Assembly: GCA_963827655.1 (NCBI GenBank)
Contig: CAWHCF010000049.1
Coordinates: forward strand, 352,001-416,000
Length of the DNA stretch: 64,000 nt
Origin: an uncultured Acidobacteriota bacterium
GTDB lineage: Bacteria > Acidobacteriota > UBA6911
Direction: 5' to 3'
Shown in pieces: positions 20,716 through 30,684 of this stretch (position 1 is its first letter; each line of letters starts with the position of its first letter). The notes beneath the pieces were generated by a model. That model was given only the letters and a program-made list of their open reading frames with translations, made no database searches and was not told the origin of the DNA. The translations under genes were made by a program, and so were the position numbers.

Positions 20716-20735
20716 TATAACACCGGTGCGGAATT
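20716..20735 (-). promoter_or_regulatory. Promoter-like 20-mer (minus strand AATTCCGCACCGGTGTTATA), copy 1, upstream of the aldolase
   Basis: Identical to 24451-24470; contains extended -10-like TGTTATA. Confidence 0.5.
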
Positions 20736-21100
20736 CTCCCTTGCGGACGGAGATGGCAAAAGAATTTTCGGTGGCATGGACGTTTTTGAACTCAGATTCC
20801 GCCTTTATGGCTAAGGGCAGCAATCAACTGGTCCCTGAGAGTGGTGAAGCCGTTCGGCAAGGACCGGCGCTACCCGAGTTCAACCCGCAGGCGAGCCATC
20901 AAACACCGGATATTGTGCGCAGCGTGACTGAGGCCGCGGCGACCGTGCTCCGGCTAACAGCGCCGGACCCGCAATGAGGCCGATTACTCTGACTCGGCCG
21001 CCTGCAAAGCTATCCAGGAGGGCGGTCCACGCCACTTCTACTCACAGCTCACCAAAAACAAACCTCAGGCCCTCGCCTGAGAGACGAAAGGAACACCACA

Positions 21101-21673
21101 ATGAAACGGACTATCAAAATCACCCTGCTTGCTGTAGCCCTGGCTATTCTCGCCAGCCTGCCCGGTATAGTGCCCGGCTTCAGACCTCTGGTTGAACTGC
21201 CAGGTATCGTGAAGGCCGCCAATAAACATAACCTCACCTTCGATGTAGCGTGCGACTGCCGCATGGCCTCACCGGCATTCATCAGTGGGAACCGGGGCGA
21301 TGCTTGGATTGTTAGCGGCAAGATCTTTCCTGCCGGGACGCTTCCAGCCGGAACCGCCACCAACGATCCGACTCTGCCCGTCCGCGGAGTCGCCCCGATC
21401 GGCGATTGGACCTGTCGCGGCCAAAGCGCTTTCCCATTTCCGCCTGCCGTCGCCGCGGCTTACAGCGCTACACCCTTCGCCTTCAACACCCAGTACTTCA
21501 TCCTGAACGACGGCCGGGCGTTGACCGTGGAAGGCTATGCCATTCCAACCGGAGAGCGATTGTCGCTGACAGGGGGCATCGGCGGCTTCAGTGGCGCCGG
21601 CGGTGACGTCGAAGAAGGGCCATTCGGCACTAATGCCACCGGATGTCCGAACTTCCATCCGTCTGCGCAGTAA
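21101..21673 (+). CDS. Secreted hypothetical protein (dirigent/allene oxide cyclase-like beta barrel, tentative)
   Basis: RBS + signal peptide; RGDAWIVSG, IGDWTCRG, LTGGIGGFSGAGG. Confidence 0.5.
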   Translation: MKRTIKITLLAVALAILASLPGIVPGFRPLVELPGIVKAANKHNLTFDVACDCRMASPAFISGNRGDAWIVSGKIFPAGTLPAGTATNDPTLPVRGVAPIGDWTCRGQSAFPFPPAVAAAYSATPFAFNTQYFILNDGRALTVEGYAIPTGERLSLTGGIGGFSGAGGDVEEGPFGTNATGCPNFHPSAQ

Positions 21674-21729
21674 AGAAACGCGGCCAAAGCTGACTGGGTC
21701 ACCCACGACAGCGGTCCAGTTACGCGGCG

Positions 21730-24321
21730 ATCTGTAGCCTTCCCAGCGCTTCTTCATCTCCGCCATGAACTGAAGGAAGGCAGGGTCTTTGCGGATCGGG
21801 TCCAGGAACGAGTCGCGCGCAAAGAGTGGATAGCAGGGGAAGCCTTCATTAACCGTTATGCGCAGCCACTTCACGGCTTCTTCACTCTTGCCTCCCAGCG
21901 CGTAGATGCGGGCGAGTTCGTACGTGGAATGATGATACCCGCGGGATTGTTCGGACCTTTTCTAAAACTGAAAGGGCCACCGCTTCAGCCTCCTGGTGTT
22001 TCCCCTGCAAAGCCAGCAACAATGCCCGGTATACGCGGGTCCACGGGCGGTTGGGATCTTGATACTCCTGCTCGACCCGCGGTTCGGCTTCCTTCAACAT
22101 TCTCTTTTCGACGTAATATCTGAGATCGGGTCCCCGATTGAAAAATCTTTTGTTCGCCTCTAAACCCTCATCGGGTCTGGCCGATTGAAGATAGTGGACG
22201 ACATAGTATTCTTTGGTCCGATCGTTATTAGGGTCTATCTTCAGGGCTAACTCAAACTCTTCGACCGCCTGCTTTTCCAGGCCGATGTGGTGGTAGAGGT
22301 CCGCTAGTTCGGAATGGCCCGCGTTAGGATCATGCTCTTGTGCCAGACGCAACTCGCGAATTGCAGTTTCAACCTGCCACCCTTCGTACTGGCTGAAGGA
22401 AATGAAATAACGCGCCGCGTGAACTTCAGCCAGTTGCGGATCGAGTCTTTCCGCGATGCCAAGTTCCTGTTTCGCCTGTTCAATCAGAGTAGGATTGTTT
22501 TCCTGAAACACGGCTATCCGAGCATAGGCATACCCAAGTTGAGCGTGAGCCAGGGCATATTTCGGATCAAGATCAATCGCTTTCTTAAAGAGATCGATCG
22601 CCAGTTCGGACTCTGATCACTATTGAGACTGGGACCAATACCACCAGAGTGATAGATGGCCTTCGCGTAGTAGCTATAGGCTTCGAGGTTCGAGGTATAG
22701 CGGTTGGTGAGCCGTGCGTGCTGCGCCGGGCTGAGCTTGAGTGCTCAGACGCTGCGCCACCTGCTGCGAAACCTTGTCTCTGAATTGCGAACATGTCGGT
22801 CAAGCGCTCATCAAACTGCTCGGCCCACAACGAGGCGCTATCCTCGACTCTGATCAGATTCACGGTCACTCGCAACTGGTCGCCCACTTGCAGGAACGTG
22901 CTGTCGAGCACGGCATCCACCTTCAGCTCGCGGCCGCTGCGAGCGCGTCCATTTCCGGGTTAACATATTTGCGCACCGCGCTGGGCGGGCGCACCGTCAG
23001 TTCGCCGCTCTGGCTGACCTTCGTGATGATCTCGGTCGCGATGCCCAGTCCGAGGTAGTCCTCCGTCGGCTCACCGGATTGAGCGATTTGAACGGCAGCA
23101 CTGCGAGTGATCTGATTTCAGGCTGTGACCCTGCCGGCGGGCTTCGCCAGAGCAACCAGGAGCCGAGTCCTGCCATCACGACCACGATCACCGCAGCCCA
23201 GGCCAGCCTGACGCGAGAGCTGAGCCAACCGCCCCACCTGAGGCCGGGCGCGCTGACTGTGCTGGTCACGGTTAACTCTTTCGCCCTTTCTTCCAGCTCC
23301 TGGTACAGGGCCTTCAGATCCCGGAGCACGTCCTTGATGGTTTGATAGCGCTCCTCACGGTCTTTGCGCAGCGCTTTCGTCACGATCCGCTCCAGCTCGA
23401 CCGGAACCTCAGGTAAGAACTGGGTGAGTGGAAGCGGCTCCTTGGCCAGGAGCGCCGCAATCACGTCGCTCGAGGTCTTGCCTTCGAATGGGGCGCGCCC
23501 CGCGATCATCTCGTAGAGGACAACGCCCAGGCTGAAGATGTCACTGCGCGCATCCACCTTCTGCCCCCGTGCCTGTTCCGGTGACATATAGTGCACGGTG
23601 CCCATCACCACGCCGGCCTCCGTGCTGACTTCGGCCAGCCGTCAATGCCGCAGTGTCTATGGCCTGCACGCGTGGCTCGGTCAACTTGGCCAGGCCAAAG
23701 TCCAAGACTTTGACGTACCCATCGCGCCGGAGCATGACGTTCTCGGGCTTGACGTCGCGATGCACAATCCCGGCCTCGTGCGCCGCGGCTAAAGCACTCG
23801 CAACTTGCACGGCCACGTCGAGGGCTTCTCTGATCTCGAGCCTCGCGCTCTTCATCCGCTGGCGCAGCGTCTGGCCGTCGATGAACTCGGTGACGAGGTA
23901 ATGTCTCCCGTCAACTTGCCCGATCTCGTGAATGGTGAGGATATTCGGATGGTTGAGCGCCGAGGCCGCCCGCGCCTCTTGCTCGAAGCGGCGCACTCGC
24001 TCGGCCTCTTGGGTGAAGCGGGCCGGCAGCAGCTTGAGCGCGACTTTACGTCTCAGCCTCTGATCCTCGGCCAGGTAGACTTCCCCCATCCCGCCCGCGC
24101 CGAGCAGCGAGAGAATCTGGTAGTGGCCAATCCGTTGCCCAATCAAGGCCGGCACTGAAGCCTGCAGCCTGCGCGCGCGACGCGATCAGCGACTCGACTT
24201 CCCGCCGCAGGGCCTCATCGCCGGCGCACGCTTGAGCAAGGAAAGCCGCCCGCTGACCAGGTTCCAGCTCCAAAGCCGCGTGAAAGATCTGGCCGATTTG
24301 CTGATGCCGCTCAGGCGTCAT
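21730..24321 (-). CDS. Ser/Thr protein kinase with TM, TolB-N-like and TPR domains (several frameshifts; 3' end approximate)
   Basis: MTPER..IF.AALE; [38 protein letters not shown]; SLAVLPF; TPRs; [12 protein letters not shown]. Confidence 0.9.
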
Positions 24322-24450
24322 AAACAGAGTATGCGTGACGAGTCAGGATTATCAAAACAGTCCCTACTCACTCGTCACGGTTCACTGTTGGGCGAGGGCG
24401 TCCTCATCTCATCCCCTCAGGTGCCGAGCTGGTCATGGGATGGCAGAGAT

Positions 24451-24470
24451 TATAACACCGGTGCGGAATT
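24451..24470 (-). promoter_or_regulatory. Promoter-like 20-mer, copy 2, with TGTTATAAT extended -10 upstream of the kinase
   Basis: Minus strand reads ..CCGGTGTTATAAT about 130 nt upstream of the kinase ATG. Confidence 0.6.
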
Positions 24471-24504
24471 TCTCTTCTTCGCAGCCTCACCGAGATTTCT
24501 GGTA

Positions 24505-24562
24505 TTTCTTCGTGTCTTAGAGGTGTTTGTTTCGCAGCGCTAACCACGAAGACATGAAGAAA
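24505..24562. repeat. REP-like intergenic family (C)CACGAAGACACGAAG, often as inverted pairs; further copies near 28811, 42786-42851, 44246, 46640-46692, 52925, 54429, 61875-61937
   Basis: Copies read directly; paired copies form hairpins between genes. Confidence 0.7.
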
Positions 24563-24572
24563 CCGGGCATCG

Positions 24573-25952
24573 CTAACGGGCGAGCGCCTCGGAGAGCACC
24601 TTGCCCGGCAGGCCCGGCATGCTGAGGTCGAGCAGGTGCGCGATCGTCGGCGCCACATCGTAGTTCGTCGTGTGGGGCAGCCGCGCGCCGCGCCGGACCC
24701 GGTCTCCCGAAAGCACGAGCGCAGGATACATCCGCGGATGGCTCGGCAAGTAGCCGTGGCCGTGGTACGGCCTTTCTTTCGGCATCGGCCGGGTCGACTT
24801 TACAGACCGATCGGCGGCCAGGTGGGTGTCGATGTCGGCCAGGATCGCGTAATGTCCCTGCACGTAGGGACTCTCCTCGTAGCGCGGCAGGCCGAGCCCA
24901 TGGAGATCTTCCGGGCGCACCACGCGGGCGACGCCCTCGAGCTTGAGGGCCCGCTCGAAGACCTTCTCGAGGGCCGGGAGATCGCGCGTCCGGTCGAACT
25001 TCTGGTCGAGCTCGATCCAGAGTGTCCAGTCGCCTCCGTGGAGCCGGACACGGTCCGTGAGGCCGGCCTCTTCGAAGAGCGGGTAAAGGTTGACCTGGCG
25101 CGCTACCGTGTGGAAACCGTGGTCGGCGACGATGAAGAACGTAGTGCGCGCCTCGATTCCGGCGTCCCGGACCGCCTGGCGCAAAACCCCGACGCAGGCG
25201 TCGGCGTTGGTCAGAGCGGCGGCGGCCAGGTAGTGGTCCGGGCCATAGCTATGTTGCGCGTCGTCGGTCGCGAGAAAATGAATGGCAAGCAGGTTGGGAC
25301 GGTGGGCGCGGATGGTATGGGCGGCCGCCCGCGCCAGAACCGCGTCGGCGGCCCCCTTGAAGCCCGGCGAGCGGTACCACTCGTAGTAAAGGTCGATCGG
25401 AACACCTGCCTGCCGCAGCGCCGCCAGGAAGCGAGGCTCGGCCCCGGTCGGGTCGGCATTGTTGCTCGAGTCGAGTGTCTCCGGCAGGTTATAGTCGATG
25501 GCCGGGTCCCCCTTGGTCTCGGGCCAGAAGAAAGCGGCCGTCGTCAGTCCTTTGCGCTTCGCGGCGTCGAAGAGCGTCGGGACCAGGATCGACTCCGATC
25601 GAAGCTTGTTGGTGGGGTGAAACGACTCTCCGGTCGTGCGGTGGCGCAGGCGGTTGGAGAGAACGCCGTGGACCCGGGGCGCGACGCCGGTGATGAGCGT
25701 CGTATGGGCTGGATGCGTCACGCTTGGGAAGACGGTCTCGCTGCTGGCGGCCTGCGCACCCTCGGCAGCCAGCGCCCGGATGTTGGGGAGGGAGAGCTTC
25801 GGGTTGTCGAGATGATAGGCCGCGAAGCCGTCGATCGATACCAGCACCACGTACCCAACCTCGGCTCCGGGCGCGAGCGCGGCCACGATAATGACAAGCA
25901 GCGCGGGCAGTGCACGCAGGCACAGAAATCGAGGCATAGTCATGAACCGCAT
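24573..25952 (-). CDS. Alkaline phosphatase superfamily nucleotide pyrophosphatase/phosphodiesterase
   Basis: VSIDG, PSVTHPAHTTLITG, DDAQH, ADHG, HGY. Confidence 0.88.
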   Translation of the reverse strand: MRFMTMPRFLCLRALPALLVIIVAALAPGAEVGYVVLVSIDGFAAYHLDNPKLSLPNIRALAAEGAQAASSETVFPSVTHPAHTTLITGVAPRVHGVLSNRLRHRTTGESFHPTNKLRSESILVPTLFDAAKRKGLTTAAFFWPETKGDPAIDYNLPETLDSSNNADPTGAEPRFLAALRQAGVPIDLYYEWYRSPGFKGAADAVLARAAAHTIRAHRPNLLAIHFLATDDAQHSYGPDHYLAAAALTNADACVGVLRQAVRDAGIEARTTFFIVADHGFHTVARQVNLYPLFEEAGLTDRVRLHGGDWTLWIELDQKFDRTRDLPALEKVFERALKLEGVARVVRPEDLHGLGLPRYEESPYVQGHYAILADIDTHLAADRSVKSTRPMPKERPYHGHGYLPSHPRMYPALVLSGDRVRRGARLPHTTNYDVAPTIAHLLDLSMPGLPGKVLSEALAR

Positions 25953-26168
25953 CTTGTATCACGCGCGCGGTTAAATGGAAAGGACAGGGCTCGTTCGAGT
26001 CGCAGTCTGCGACCGGATCCCGCCCGGTCGACGTGCTCAATCGTCTGGTCCCGCGCCAATCAGGTTCGCGGCAATTGCGCTCCGACCGATTGAAGCGGCT
26101 AGAGGCAGTCCCGAATTCGCCGCACGTGTGATAGAGTACCTCCCCCACGTAACCAAGGAGGTGATTCG

Positions 26169-26642
26169 ATGACCACCAGGAAGTTGTGTTTGCCTGGGCT
26201 CGGGATATGCGTGGCCTTGGGTATCATTGGGGTAGGTAGAATCCCGGCCTCGACTCAAACTAAATCCGACCAGCCAAAGGCTCCCGACATCGAGACCATA
26301 ACCGCCGAAGAGCTGAAAGCGAAAGTAGTCAAGAAAGAACCCGTCACAATCATAGATGTTCGCGCGAGCGACGCGTACGTCAGCAGCGAAAACAAGATCG
26401 AGGGTGCCATCTTTGTAAGGTTCAGAAGACTCAAAACCCGACTTGCCCAGCCGCCTCTCAAGGATGTTCCTCGCGACCGGGAAATCGTTACTTACTGCGC
26501 CTGCCCGAACGAGGAAACAAGCATCCGCGCCGCGCAACTTTTCTTGGAAGCAGGCTTCCAGCGCGTACGGGTTTTGAAGGGGGGATGGCAGGCGTGGCTC
26601 AAGGCCAATGGCGGGATGGAATCACGGCCGAAGGGGCCGTAA
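26169..26642 (+). CDS. Exported rhodanese-like domain protein
   Basis: IIDVR, IVTYCACPNEETS, VLKGGWQAW. Confidence 0.85.
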   Translation: MTTRKLCLPGLGICVALGIIGVGRIPASTQTKSDQPKAPDIETITAEELKAKVVKKEPVTIIDVRASDAYVSSENKIEGAIFVRFRRLKTRLAQPPLKDVPRDREIVTYCACPNEETSIRAAQLFLEAGFQRVRVLKGGWQAWLKANGGMESRPKGP

Positions 26643-27446
26643 GTACGGTTGAGGGGCATGGGCGCGATCGTGACGAAGACAGAAAAAAAACGCGATCAGA
26701 ACGTTTTTCTCTTGACATCGCCGTCAAGGATTCAATAAATTGGCCGCCTTCACGTTCCGTTCAATAAATTGTCGTTCTCTCTGCAACCGCATTCACCAGA
26801 GGGAGCGGTCGCAAGAGAGTTCAAGCAGCCTCTGGCACACTTTTGAACTATTAGGTTTGGTCGCCAGATGAAGGGGAAGCAGCGGCCGGTACGTGGGTTT
26901 GCCCCGCGTCGTTTAACCTGTAGTTCCTCCGGATTTCCGCGGCACACGAGCACGGTAGCTCCGTCATCGTCGTTGCCGGCCGAAACCACCAACTAAGTCT
27001 TCCTCGTAAGCTTCTCATCCGACGGTCTTCAAGCGACTCGAGAAGCTTGATCTGCCGGTTTTGTTTTTACGGCATCGCTCCCTCTAGGGTAGAGCGATCA
27101 CCTGAAATGCGGTTTTTCAACCGATTCAGGTCTCTAGCGCTTTTCCAGCACAAAGTAAACAGCTAGGCTCGGCTAGTAACCACAACTGTGGCTAGAAGCC
27201 TGGGCGAAACTTCCAGGATCGCCCACGATACCTGTGTGCCCGGATGTTTCCAGGGCACGCCGGCAGTTGAGTTGCCCGTGCTTCGACGGTAGAGGTGTGC
27301 CTCGCGGAGTTGCGAGCGAGACACCTGGCAAAGGCCGTGCTGTGCGACAAGCGACTGCCGTCCAGTTTCGCGGTGCTCGAGGTGCGCCCTCTTGGTTTCT
27401 ACTCCAGGCTGCTAGGGCAGTCTTCCTAAGAAGGGGGAAACTAACA

Positions 27447-28723
27447 ATGAAGCTTCTGAAAATCTCTGTGTCGTTGGTTTTTATGATCGTGTTGTTCTGG
27501 CCAATGATCTGAATTCCGTCACGGGAGACGATTCCGCCAGAGAAGCTCCCACTACTGACTTGAACGTCCTTACCGACGATATTTTCAACGGGTTCGGCGA
27601 CAAGGGCCGTCCTGTGGACGAATGCTCGAATCCGCCGGTGGCGAACCGCTCGTTCGAAGATAACAAGTTCATATTCGACGAGCGCGAGACTCCGGAGGAC
27701 GGGCTGGGTCCGGTCTATAACGATCTCGGCTGCGGCTCCTGCCATCAGAACCCGGAGAGCGGCGGCATCAGCCAGATCAACGAACTGCGGGCCGGACATG
27801 TGTCTAAGCGGCAACTTCGTTGATCCTCCAGGTGGTTCGCTGATTCAACTGCGGGCGCTCGCCGCCCCCATACAGGAGCGTCTGGACGACGCCCCGCTCG
27901 AAAACATCAGGACCTTTCGAACGACTCTCAACGTCATCGGCGACGGCTTCATCGAGGCCATCGCCAACAGTAAAATCGAAGAGATTCAGGATCGACCAGC
28001 CGTCAGGCTTCCAGGGCACCATCATCAGGGTTCCGGTGGTCGAAGACCGCGGTACGCTTCGCGTGGGCCGCTTCGGCTGGAAGAACCAGCATGCCAGTCT
28101 GGTGTCGTTCTCCGGTGATGCATATTTCAACGAAATGGGCATCACCAATCCGTTTGACGGGAATGGCGGAAGGAGAGAGAACACCTCTCTGGGCGACTCG
28201 GTCGCAGCATTCGACCGAGTAGCAGACCCCGAGGACGATGGCGAGGATGTCGAAGCCTTCGCCAATTTCATGAGAGCCACCAGCGCTCCCGGCCGCGGGC
28301 CGATCACACTCCGCGGTTCGTCGCGGTGAGGATCTGTTTGAGGAAGTATCCTGCTCTCAATGTCACACTCCGACGATGACTACCGCAGAACCCGGCACCC
28401 TTATCAACGGCGGCCAGTTCAGAGTGCCGTCAGAGCTGGGCAACAAGATCATCCACCCGTTCAGCGATTTCCTGCTGCACGACATCGGGACCGGTGACGG
28501 GATCGTCCAGAACGGCGGTCAGGCCACCCGGAACATGGTGCGAACGCCGCCGCTTTGGGGTGTGCGCACTCGCCCGATGCTGATGCACGACGGGCAGTCG
28601 TTCACCTTCAACGAGGCGATTCAGCGCCACGCGGGTGTGGGCGGCACAATTTCAAGGAACTCCTTTAACGCCCTGTCCTCCTCGCAAAAGGCGGATCTTA
28701 TTGCGTTCCTGAAGTCGCTGTGA
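27447..28723 (+). CDS. Di-heme oxidoreductase (DHOR) family protein (frameshifted)
   Basis: GLGPVYN..CGSCH, GRFGWK, CSQCH, SDFLLHDIG, RTPPLWG, MHDG. Confidence 0.85.
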
Positions 28724-28909
28724 AGTCACCGGCCTCAGGGTCAGGTGGAGAATATGGACAGAGGCTCGCCGCTGAGTTTTTGGGCGAGCCTCTCGTCTTA
28801 TCTAAAGCCACCACGAAGACACGAAGACACAATTCATGAAGTAGCCAGGTCATGTATATGATGTCAGAACTACCAAACAAACTCTTTAATGTAGTCTGTT
28901 CTTGCCGGG

Positions 28910-29701
28910 GTGTGCATCCTTTCGCTCAGTTGCTCCAAGCCGCCGGAGACAAGCAAGGTGGAGCCACCGCCCCGAGCTGAGTCAAGATCAACTCCAGCGC
29001 CGGTCACGCCCAGGGGGATGCTCAACCCTCCGCCGCCCGAACCTGAGGAAGTCAACAGGGCGGTTAGACGCGTGTTCAAGGATGCCGTGATCATTGATAC
29101 CAGGAGCAGCCCCTATTTCATGGCAGGCGACTTCAACGGGGACCTTACACAGGACATCGCTGTAGTGGTGAAGCCCACCGTGGCCCGGCTGCCGGAGATC
29201 AATGACGAACTGGCCAACTGGATACTGGTGGACCTGAAGAACTCGTATCAGTCCAGGCCTCACGCTGGAATGGTGAGGCTGCCGCCAAGAGTTCGCGTGA
29301 ACGACGGAGACATTCTGTTGGCAGTCATTCACGGGTTTGGATTCAATGGCTGGAGGGACGATCAGGCAACCCAGACCTACGTGCTCAAGAATGCCGCCGG
29401 TGCCGGGATGAGGACCGAGGCGCGCCAGCAGGTGGTCAGGCCCGACACCCAGGACAAGCTGCCACGCATCCGGGGTGACGTGATCGCGCAGAGCATGGAG
29501 GGGCAGGCCGGCTTCCTCTATTACAACGGGGCCAGGTACGCCTGGTACGATCCGCGCACTTACAAGGCGGACGCGCTGGCCGGGCGGCCCACGGCAGGAC
29601 ACACGAGACGATGCGGTAGCGGGCAAGGCACTGAGGGTCGTGCGGTTTTCGGTGTGCGTCGGGCAAAACATTCAAGCTTTGCGGGCGGCGACGTGTGGTA
29701 A
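28910..29701 (+). CDS. Hypothetical lipoprotein (start likely further upstream)
   Basis: Lipobox-like LSLSC, Pro-rich linker, GDFNGD motif. Confidence 0.55.
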   Translation: MCILSLSCSKPPETSKVEPPPRAESRSTPAPVTPRGMLNPPPPEPEEVNRAVRRVFKDAVIIDTRSSPYFMAGDFNGDLTQDIAVVVKPTVARLPEINDELANWILVDLKNSYQSRPHAGMVRLPPRVRVNDGDILLAVIHGFGFNGWRDDQATQTYVLKNAAGAGMRTEARQQVVRPDTQDKLPRIRGDVIAQSMEGQAGFLYYNGARYAWYDPRTYKADALAGRPTAGHTRRCGSGQGTEGRAVFGVRRAKHSSFAGGDVW

Positions 29702-30061
29702 GCGGTCCGGAGAGTGCGCGACCGGCGATGTTGATGTCATCAGCCGGCCACGCGCTCGGTTGCTGCTCTATGGGTCGAGGTGGTGCGCCCCGTCAGCGCT
29801 CGACCGGCGGGACCCAGCGGAGAAGTTTCTCTCCAGGGGCTGGGTCTCTGCTGGCTGAGGATTCTCCAGAAGGGTTCCGGTACTCTTCGCACCGGCACAC
29901 ATCCCGAATCAACGGATCGCCGTCTCAGGGCAGGGCAGAACCGAACCGTGCGCCCGAACTGAGGGTTCCGGCTACGACATTACCCGCAGCGTCCTGAGCG
30001 CCCTGATGCCAGAACTGATTGCCGATGACGCCCAGATGTTCGAGGATAGTACACTCGGGAG

Positions 30062-30230
30062 ATTCCCTGCCGCCGGTGAGGCGTAGATTACATTGATTGC
30101 GCCGGCATTCGTGAATCCCGCGACGTCTTCTTCCGCGACGCCGATGGCGAGGTCTGCAGCACCGTCACCGTTAAAGTCTCCGGTGGTGAGGGCCGACCCG
30201 AAGCGGTCGTTCTCCTCAGCCTCATCTAAG
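30062..30230 (-). pseudogene. Isolated FG-GAP repeat fragment
   Basis: Manual translation: DEAEENDRFGSALTTGDFNGDGAADLAIGVAEEDVAGFTNAGAINVIY; no start seen. Confidence 0.7.
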
Positions 30231-30684
30231 ATCGCAGAACTTCACACTGGGCGAAATCAGTCATCGATCATGGACCAAACTGCTGCGGCTCGCAGGCTGC
30301 TCGCAACTCGCACGGTCGCATCCGACGATCCGAGCCTGGAGCATGCCGAAGGACATGCTGCCTGATCCAGTCCGGCCGAAGCTGGCCATGGCGCGTCGGA
30401 TGAAGCTGAAGATACGCCATGGTCGTGAACGTGTCTGGAAAATCGTAGAGACACGGGATCTTTTGGCGTAGAATCTGCGCGAACAAGGGGCCTGGCCGCT
30501 CAGATCACGCGCGGATTGTCCGTCGTTCGCAGAACGCGACATAATCCTGAACGTGGAAGCAGAGGCAGTCACGGCCTGGGCTTAGATGCCAAAGTGCCGC
30601 TTGTTTTTTCTATCCGCTCCCACGCGGAGTCTTTGCTGAGGAACGTGGTGCCGGGGAACCCGGAGGACCTGCTGGAAAAGGAGT

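Noticed and set aside
20800-21050. Possible c-di-GMP riboswitch upstream of 21101
   Set aside because: GEMM hallmark motifs not found in the correct order
24636-26093. Long antisense ORFs (485 aa here; also 47446-48777 and 59075-60310)
   Set aside because: Shadow ORFs opposite well-supported genes in GC-rich DNA, with no motifs
29700-30680. Short ORFs between the lipoprotein and patatin genes
   Set aside because: No recognisable motifs or RBS apart from the FG-GAP remnant; looks like decayed sequence
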